12,158 nt of DNA, from NCBI GenBank assembly GCA_040905425.1, contig JBBDRO010000095.1:6469-18626 (forward strand). The letters run 5' to 3'. Shown in pieces: positions 6,763 through 12,158 of this stretch; the stretch's first letter is position 1, and every line of letters starts with the position of its first letter. This stretch comes from Gemmatimonadota bacterium. GTDB lineage: Bacteria > Gemmatimonadota > Gemmatimonadetes > Longimicrobiales > RSA9. Made by a program: the position numbers and the translations under genes. The notes under the pieces are model-generated. The model made no database searches. It was given only the letters and a program-made list of their open reading frames with translations, and was not told the origin of the DNA.

Positions 6763-6909
6763 ATGCTCTGGACCATCGTAGTCATCCTGCTGATCCTGTG
6801 GCTCCTCGGCCTCGTCTCGGGGACCATCGGCGGGCTCATTCATATTCTGCTGGTGATTGCCATCGTCGTGGTGCTGATCCGGGTGATCCAGGGTCGGAAA
6901 CCCATTTAG
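6763..6909 (+). CDS. Small membrane protein, lmo0937 family (DUF5670-like)
   Basis: 48 aa, MLWTIVVILLILWLLGLVSGTIGGLIHILLVIAIVVVLIRVIQGRKPI, with two hydrophobic helices and the GGLIHILLV signature. AGGAG RBS at 6750-6754. Confidence 0.9.
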   Translation: MLWTIVVILLILWLLGLVSGTIGGLIHILLVIAIVVVLIRVIQGRKPI

Positions 6910-6930
6910 GGCGTCACAGCCGGTGCGACG

Positions 6931-6973
6931 CAGCGCAGCCCCGGGGGCCAGGTCGGCTCCCGGGGCTGCGCTG
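6931..6973. terminator. Strong hairpin between convergent genes; probable bidirectional terminator
   Basis: CAGCGCAGCCCCGGG (6931-6945) and CCCGGGGCTGCGCTG (6959-6973) form a perfect 15-bp stem, extendable to 19 bp with one G-U pair, with a 5-nt loop. There is no U-tract. Confidence 0.65.
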
Positions 6974-6987
6974 TATGGGCCACGCGC

Positions 6988-8541
6988 TCACCACCCCGCC
7001 CACTCCACCTCCGGCGCACGGTAGAAATTCACGCCGAGCGCCGTCCAGCGCAGTCCGTGACGGCCGAGCCGGTCTCGAAAGTCCTCCCAGTCGAGTGCGG
7101 CGGACGGAGACCAGGCCAGCTCGGCCACGGCCGCCAGCCGCGGGAAGGCCAGGAACTCGATGTCCGCCATGGTGCCCGCCGTCTCCGTCCAGAGGGGCCC
7201 CTCGATCCCCGCGATGGCCGCGACCGGCATCCCCGGGATGAGCTCGGCGGGCTCCCACTCATAAGCTACCCGCAGCGGTGTACGACCCGGCCAGCTCAGC
7301 CCGATCGGCGAGCCCTCGTGGTACTGGATGTCCAGGTAGACGTGGGTGGCGGGTGAGAGGATCACCTGGCCGGCGGCCGCGTCCGCCAGGCCGGCGCCGC
7401 TGCCGCGCCAGTGCTGGATCATGGTGGTGGGCGCCACCCGCGCGGCGCCGATCTCGGCCCATCCCGCCATGCGCTTGCCGTGGCGGTGGACGATCTCCTC
7501 CACCCGCTCCACGAAGGCGTTGTACTGCTCCTGCGTGAGCTCCTCCACCTCGTCCCCGCCCACGTGGATCCATGGGCCCGGCGTGAGCTCCGCCAGCCGC
7601 GCCACCACAGCGTCCACGAATTCGTAGGTGATCTCCTTCTCCACGCAGAGGGCGCTGAAGCCCACGCGGGTGCCGGTGTAGAGCGGCGGGGCCTCCCCGT
7701 CACAGTTCAGCTCGGCGTAGGAGGCCAGCGCCGCGTTGGTATGGCCCGGCATGTCGATCTCCGGCACGACGGTGATGAAGCGCTCCGCCGCGTAGCGCAC
7801 GATCTCGGTGTAGTCCGCACCCGTGTAGAAGCCGCCGGGGCCGCCGCCCACCTGGGTGCTGCCGCCATGCTCCGTCAGGCGGGGCCAGCCGGGGATCTCG
7901 ATACGCCAGCCCTGGTCGTCGGCCAGGTGCAGGTGCAGGCGGTTCAGCTTGTGGAGGGCCAGCAGGTCGATGAAGCGCTTGACGTCCGCCACCCCGAAGA
8001 AGTGGCGCGAGACGTCCAGCATGGCGCCGCGCCAGCCGAAGCGCGGGCGGTCGTCCACGCCCACGGCGGGCAGCGGCAGATCGCGATGGAGCGCTGCCTC
8101 GTACTCCACGCGCGGGGGCAGGAGCTGCCGCAGCGTCTGCGTGCCATAGAACAGGCCGGCCGGCTCCGCGGCCTGGATGCGCACGCCGGCGCCGCTCACC
8201 TCCAGCGCGTAGCCCTCCGGACCGAAGCGCTCGAGCGCGGCGGGATCGAGCGCCAGCACGATGTCCGCCGCGTCCGCACCCGGATGATCGGGAGGCAGGA
8301 TTTCAGGGGTGGTCGCGCGGGTGTTGCCGATCAGGCGGGCCAGCTGATCGGCCACGCCCATGGCGGCGGCGGCATCTCCCGGGCCGGCGGCAACGCCAAT
8401 GGCGGCCGCTCGCGTCACGACGAAGCCGCTGTCCTCCATCACCCGCACCGACGCGGGCGCCGGGATCAGCGGGAGCGGTGCGGGGCGCACGGCGCAGGCG
8501 GCCAGGAGCGGCAGGGCAAGGAGCATGAGCACGGAGCGCAC
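6988..8541 (-). CDS. Beta-N-acetylhexosaminidase (glycoside hydrolase family 20), predicted lipoprotein
   Basis: Motifs LIPAP, EGYAL, DRPRFGWRGAMLDVSRHFF, HLHLADDQGWR, PEIDMPGH, catalytic HVGGDEV, LWTE and FPRLAAVAELAWS. The GTG at 8541 gives MRSVLMLLALPLLAA|C (lipobox); ATG 8526 is an alternative start. Confidence 0.94.
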   Translation of the reverse strand: MRSVLMLLALPLLAACAVRPAPLPLIPAPASVRVMEDSGFVVTRAAAIGVAAGPGDAAAAMGVADQLARLIGNTRATTPEILPPDHPGADAADIVLALDPAALERFGPEGYALEVSGAGVRIQAAEPAGLFYGTQTLRQLLPPRVEYEAALHRDLPLPAVGVDDRPRFGWRGAMLDVSRHFFGVADVKRFIDLLALHKLNRLHLHLADDQGWRIEIPGWPRLTEHGGSTQVGGGPGGFYTGADYTEIVRYAAERFITVVPEIDMPGHTNAALASYAELNCDGEAPPLYTGTRVGFSALCVEKEITYEFVDAVVARLAELTPGPWIHVGGDEVEELTQEQYNAFVERVEEIVHRHGKRMAGWAEIGAARVAPTTMIQHWRGSGAGLADAAAGQVILSPATHVYLDIQYHEGSPIGLSWPGRTPLRVAYEWEPAELIPGMPVAAIAGIEGPLWTETAGTMADIEFLAFPRLAAVAELAWSPSAALDWEDFRDRLGRHGLRWTALGVNFYRAPEVEWAGW

Positions 8542-8605
8542 GGTCGGCGGATGAACACGAGGAATGGTGGCCGTCCAGCCGGGGTGAGGGTGCCGTCGAT
8601 CCGTC

Positions 8606-8673
8606 AGGATCCTCTTGCCGGGGCGGGAAGTCAAGCGGCCCCGTTGCCCAGCCGCGCGCCGGACGGGTAGCTT
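8606..8673. promoter_or_regulatory. Back-to-back divergent promoters for the GH20 gene (-) and the EEP gene (+, leaderless)
   Basis: Minus strand: TTGACT (8634-8629), 17 bp, GATCCT (8611-8606). Plus strand: TTGCCC (8644-8649), 18 bp, TAGCTT (8668-8673), 5 nt, ATG (8679). Confidence 0.5.
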
Positions 8674-8678
8674 GCCTG

Positions 8679-9497
8679 ATGCGTTATCCCCACATCCCCG
8701 CACGGCGTGGCGCGCGTACCGTGCTCCTGCTGGCCGCGCTGCTGGCCGCCTGCTCCTCGGCCCCGCCGTCTCCCGAATCGGCCGGCTTCACGGCACGCGT
8801 GGCCAGCTACAACATCCGCCACGGTGCCGGCACTGATGAGAGGGTGGATCTGGCACGAACGGCGGAGGTGCTGCGAGGAACGCGGGCGGACATCGTCGCT
8901 TTGCAGGAAGTGGATGAGCGGGTACGGCGCAGTGGCGGCGTGAACCAGGCCGAGCGGCTGGGTGAGCTGCTCGACATGCACCACGCCTTCGGCAGCTTCA
9001 TGGACTACCAGGACGGCCGCTACGGGCTGGCGCTCCTGTCCCGCCGTCCGATCGCGTCCGTGGACGTGGTGCGGCTCCCCGAGGGCAACGAGCCGCGCGT
9101 GGCGCTGGCCGCCAGCATCGAGCAGGCCAACGGCACGCTGCTCACCGTGGTGGTGGTGCACTTCGACTGGGTGCGGGATGACGCCTTCCGCTACGCGCAG
9201 GCGGAGGTGGTGGCGCGGTACCTGGATGGCCTCGCGGGTCCCTACATCGTGCTCGGAGACTTCAACGACCAGCCCGGCTCGCGCACGATCGAGCTGTTCC
9301 GTGAACGGGCCCGGGAAGCGGCCAAGCCGCCGGCGCAGCGCTTCACCTTTCCCGCCACTGCACCGGAGCGGGAGATCGACTTCATCTTCGCCGCGCCCGC
9401 CGCGCACTGGGTGGTGGACTCCGTGGCCGTGGTACCCGAGAGCGTGGCGTCCGACCACCGCCCCGTGCTGGCCCGCCTGCGTCACCGGATCCGCTGA
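8679..9497 (+). CDS. Endonuclease/exonuclease/phosphatase (EEP) family protein, predicted lipoprotein
   Basis: Catalytic motifs SYNIRHG, DIVALQEVD, VHFD, LGDFND, IDFIF and SDHRPV. Signal peptide RRGARTVLLLAALLAA|C. Confidence 0.93.
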   Translation: MRYPHIPARRGARTVLLLAALLAACSSAPPSPESAGFTARVASYNIRHGAGTDERVDLARTAEVLRGTRADIVALQEVDERVRRSGGVNQAERLGELLDMHHAFGSFMDYQDGRYGLALLSRRPIASVDVVRLPEGNEPRVALAASIEQANGTLLTVVVVHFDWVRDDAFRYAQAEVVARYLDGLAGPYIVLGDFNDQPGSRTIELFRERAREAAKPPAQRFTFPATAPEREIDFIFAAPAAHWVVDSVAVVPESVASDHRPVLARLRHRIR

Positions 9498-9527
9498 GCG
9501 ACGCACCTCAGGGCGGGTGGCCCGGGC

Positions 9528-9556
9528 TTGCGTATGCCGCCGCCACGACCTACCCT
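9528..9556 (+). promoter_or_regulatory. Putative sigma70 promoter of the metalloprotease gene
   Basis: TTGCGT (9528-9533), 17 bp, TACCCT (9551-9556). Predicts a leader of about 90 nt, with GGGAGG upstream of ATG 9656. Confidence 0.45.
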
Positions 9557-9655
9557 GGCCATCGGCACACCTGGGCTCCATAACCCCATGCGCAGTGCCA
9601 CCCCCGTTGTTTCACGGCCAACTCGAACGCCTGCACTCGCCAGGGAGGCATCCCG

Positions 9656-12091
9656 ATGAACCCGTCCGTGTGGAGCACACGACTCCTCTCCCTTGTAGCC
9701 GTCCTGTCACTGGCCGGCTGCGGCATCCTGCGCGGCAGTCCCGCCGCGCCGGCCCCGGAGCGCACGCCCGCCGAACGCGAGGCGCAGGCCCAGGCGGAGG
9801 AAGGCCCCGGCGACTACGAGGACGCCATCCCCGACGACGCGGTTAGGCGCACGGGCCTCTTCACCACCCACTTCGCGCCCGACGGCACCCTGCTCTTCGA
9901 GATTCCGCAGGCGGTGCTCGGCCAGGAGATCCTGCTGGTGGTGGGCACGGTGGAGCAGCCCGGCAGCGCGGGCAGCGCCGGCGGCGGTGACATCCTGGAA
10001 TTCCAGCGGCAGGGTGAGCGCATCCTGGTGCGCGAGAAGAACTATTCCCAGGTGGCCGACAGTGGCTCCGCCATCTGGCGGGCGGTGTCGGGCATGCGGA
10101 ACGGCCTGATCGTGGGCAGCTTCGACATCGAGGCCGAGAGCCCGAGCGGGGCAGTGGTCGTGGACGCCACGTCCCTCTTCACCGGGACGAACACGGGTCT
10201 CGGCACCCTGCCCAACGTGGATGACGACGCCAGCTGGATCGATCACGTGGCGGCCTTCCCCACGAACGTCGAAGTGACCGCCACGCAGACGGGCGGCCCC
10301 AACAACGCCCGCACCACGGTGCAGCGGCACTGGAGCTTCGTGCAGCTCCCGCAGGATCCCATGATGCCGCGCCTGCACGACGCGCGCGTGGGGGTCAATT
10401 CGAGCAGCTACATCGACTACTCCTCACCCGCGCACCGGGCCGAGACACGCCGCTTCATCCGCCGTCACCGCCTGGAGAAGCAGAACCCGAACGCCGCGCT
10501 CTCCGACCCGGTGGAGCCGATCGTCTACTGGATCGATCCGGCCACGCCGGACTGGCTGAAGCCCTGGGTGGTGTCCGGCGTGGACATGTGGCAGTCCGCC
10601 TTCGAGGAGGCGGGCTTCAGCAACGCCATTGTGGGACGCGTGGCGCCCACGCCGGAGGAGGATCCGGACTTCTTCATGGATGACGCGCGCTACTCCGTCA
10701 TCTACTGGCGCCCTTCCACGGTGGCCAACGCCAACGGCGGCCAGATCGTGGATCCGCGCACCGGGGAGATCATCCGCGGGCGCGTGCAGATGTTCCACAA
10801 CGTGCAGAACCTGGTGCGCAACTGGTACTTCACGCAGGTGGGGCCGCTGGATCCACGCGCGCGGATGCTGCCGCTGCCGGACTCGCTCATGGGCAAGCTG
10901 GTGGAGTACGTGGTGGCCCACGAGGTGGGGCACGCCATCGGCTTCCCGCACAACATGAAGGCCAGCGCCATGTTCCCGGCGGACAGCATCCGCAACGCCG
11001 ATTTCCTGGAGCGCATGGGCGGGCACGTGGCCACGCTCATGGACTACTCGCGCTTCAACTACGTGGCCCAGCCCGAGGACAACATCCCGGTGCACCTGCT
11101 GATCCCGGGCGTGGGGCCGTACGATGATTTTGCCGTCAAATGGGCCTATAGCCCCATACCCGGCGCCAGCACCCCCGAGGAGGAGCGGCCCACGCTGGAT
11201 CGCTGGGCGCGCATGCAGGACACCATCCCCTGGTTCCGCTTCACCACGAGCGGGGCGCCGAACGACCCGTACGCGCAGACGGAGGCCGTGGGTGACGAGG
11301 ACGCGGTGAAGTCCTCCACCCTGGGGCTGAGGAACCTGGAGCGCGTGATGGACATGCTCCTGCCGGTGGCCGAGCGCCCCGGTGAGGATTACGAGTTGCT
11401 GGACGAACTCTATGGCAACGTGATCTCCCAGTGGGGCCGCTACAACGGCCACGTGGCCGCCATCGTGGGCGGCGCCTACACCCAGGAGCGCTACGGCACG
11501 GGCCCCCGCTTCGAGCCGGTGGAGCGGGAGCGTCAGCGGGAGGCCGTGCGCTTCCTGAACGCCAACGTCTTCGATCCGCCCGCCTGGATGCTGGACCAGC
11601 AGGTGCTCCGGCGCATCGAGGCGGAGGGTGCGGTGGACCGGATCCGCGGCGCGCAGGTGCGGGTGCTGTCGTCGCTGCTGAGTGATAGCCGCATGGAGCG
11701 CCTGGTGGAGTACGAGGCGCTGGCCGACGATCCGGCCCAGGCCTACACGCTCTCCGACCTCATGCAGGATCTGCGTGCCGGCGTCTGGACGGAGCTGCAG
11801 GGGTCGGGCAGCGTGACCACCGACGTTTACCGCCGCAACCTGCAGCGCGCCTACGTGGACATGCTGACGGAGCGGCTGGATCCGCCCGATGTGGTGGTGG
11901 TGCCCGAGAACGGCCCGCCCACCGCCACGCGTGCGCCGATCCTGACCGACGTGCGTCCCGTGCTGCGCGGCGAGCTGCGCTGGCTGCGCACCCGGCTGAA
12001 CAGCGCCATCCCGCGCGCGGCCAATGACATGACGCGCCTCCACCTGGAGGATCTGCGCACGGAGGTGGAGCGGCTGCTCCAACAGGACTGA
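9656..12091 (+). CDS. Zinc-dependent metalloprotease, metzincin type (DUF5117/DUF4953, EcxA-like), predicted lipoprotein
   Basis: HEVGHAIGFPHN (HExxHxxGxxH), Met-turn TLMDY, PMMPRLHDARVG, PIVYWIDPATP, DPRTGEI and GPYDDFAVKWAY. Lipobox LSLAG|C and RBS GGGAGG. Confidence 0.93.
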   Translation: MNPSVWSTRLLSLVAVLSLAGCGILRGSPAAPAPERTPAEREAQAQAEEGPGDYEDAIPDDAVRRTGLFTTHFAPDGTLLFEIPQAVLGQEILLVVGTVEQPGSAGSAGGGDILEFQRQGERILVREKNYSQVADSGSAIWRAVSGMRNGLIVGSFDIEAESPSGAVVVDATSLFTGTNTGLGTLPNVDDDASWIDHVAAFPTNVEVTATQTGGPNNARTTVQRHWSFVQLPQDPMMPRLHDARVGVNSSSYIDYSSPAHRAETRRFIRRHRLEKQNPNAALSDPVEPIVYWIDPATPDWLKPWVVSGVDMWQSAFEEAGFSNAIVGRVAPTPEEDPDFFMDDARYSVIYWRPSTVANANGGQIVDPRTGEIIRGRVQMFHNVQNLVRNWYFTQVGPLDPRARMLPLPDSLMGKLVEYVVAHEVGHAIGFPHNMKASAMFPADSIRNADFLERMGGHVATLMDYSRFNYVAQPEDNIPVHLLIPGVGPYDDFAVKWAYSPIPGASTPEEERPTLDRWARMQDTIPWFRFTTSGAPNDPYAQTEAVGDEDAVKSSTLGLRNLERVMDMLLPVAERPGEDYELLDELYGNVISQWGRYNGHVAAIVGGAYTQERYGTGPRFEPVERERQREAVRFLNANVFDPPAWMLDQQVLRRIEAEGAVDRIRGAQVRVLSSLLSDSRMERLVEYEALADDPAQAYTLSDLMQDLRAGVWTELQGSGSVTTDVYRRNLQRAYVDMLTERLDPPDVVVVPENGPPTATRAPILTDVRPVLRGELRWLRTRLNSAIPRAANDMTRLHLEDLRTEVERLLQQD

Positions 12092-12113
12092 TCCGCGGCT
12101 CCCCCGCTCAGCC

Positions 12114-12158
12114 CGCCGCGCCCGACGGTAGGCCCCCTCCGGGCACCTCGGCGCGGCG
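12114..12158 (+). terminator. Imperfect GC-rich hairpin after the metalloprotease gene (runs to the window edge)
   Basis: CGCCGCGCC (12114-12122) pairs with GGCGCGGCG (12150-12158), with an inner GCCC/GGGC stem and bulges. It could instead be the tail of a convergent gene ending at TGA 12110-12108. Confidence 0.3.

Noticed and set aside
611..6909. Genome-wide TAG reassignment (alternative genetic code)
   Set aside because: Only one internal TAG occurs in about 11 kb of coding sequence. TAG ends the lmo0937-family gene at its expected length, and ends the helicase within one codon of where its duplicate tail ends with TAA.
8542..8703. Long N-terminal extensions in the ORF track (GH20 from 8703; also aminotransferase from 3656, lmo0937 from 6604, NTase from 1745)
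   Set aside because: Downstream starts give proper signal peptides, RBS or non-overlap. The extensions run through promoter regions or neighbouring genes.

Overview
High-GC bacterial chromosomal segment. Gene content is reminiscent of Gemmatimonadota, but that is an inference. In order it carries: (1) a BNR/Asp-box beta-propeller gene, cut by the window edge and interrupted by one in-frame TAG; (2) a putative toxin-antitoxin pair (RHH-domain protein plus DUF6036/AbiEii-like nucleotidyltransferase) whose leaderless promoter overlaps a perfect 20-bp inverted repeat; (3) a Tat-signal class V PLP enzyme; (4) a ~0.66 kb lower-GC addiction-module/RelE-ParE TA cassette with no recombinase, lying between two 45-bp copies of the 3' end of a Rep/UvrD helicase gene, so the helicase has a swapped C-terminus and an orphan alternative end; (5) the helicase; (6) a small lmo0937-family membrane protein; (7) three lipoprotein hydrolases: a GH20 hexosaminidase, an EEP-family protein and a zinc metalloprotease. 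The most notable signals are the TA cassette at the helicase gene end, the RHH/NTase module with its long palindrome, and the in-frame amber codon. Family assignments come from motif recognition by eye; no searches were run.
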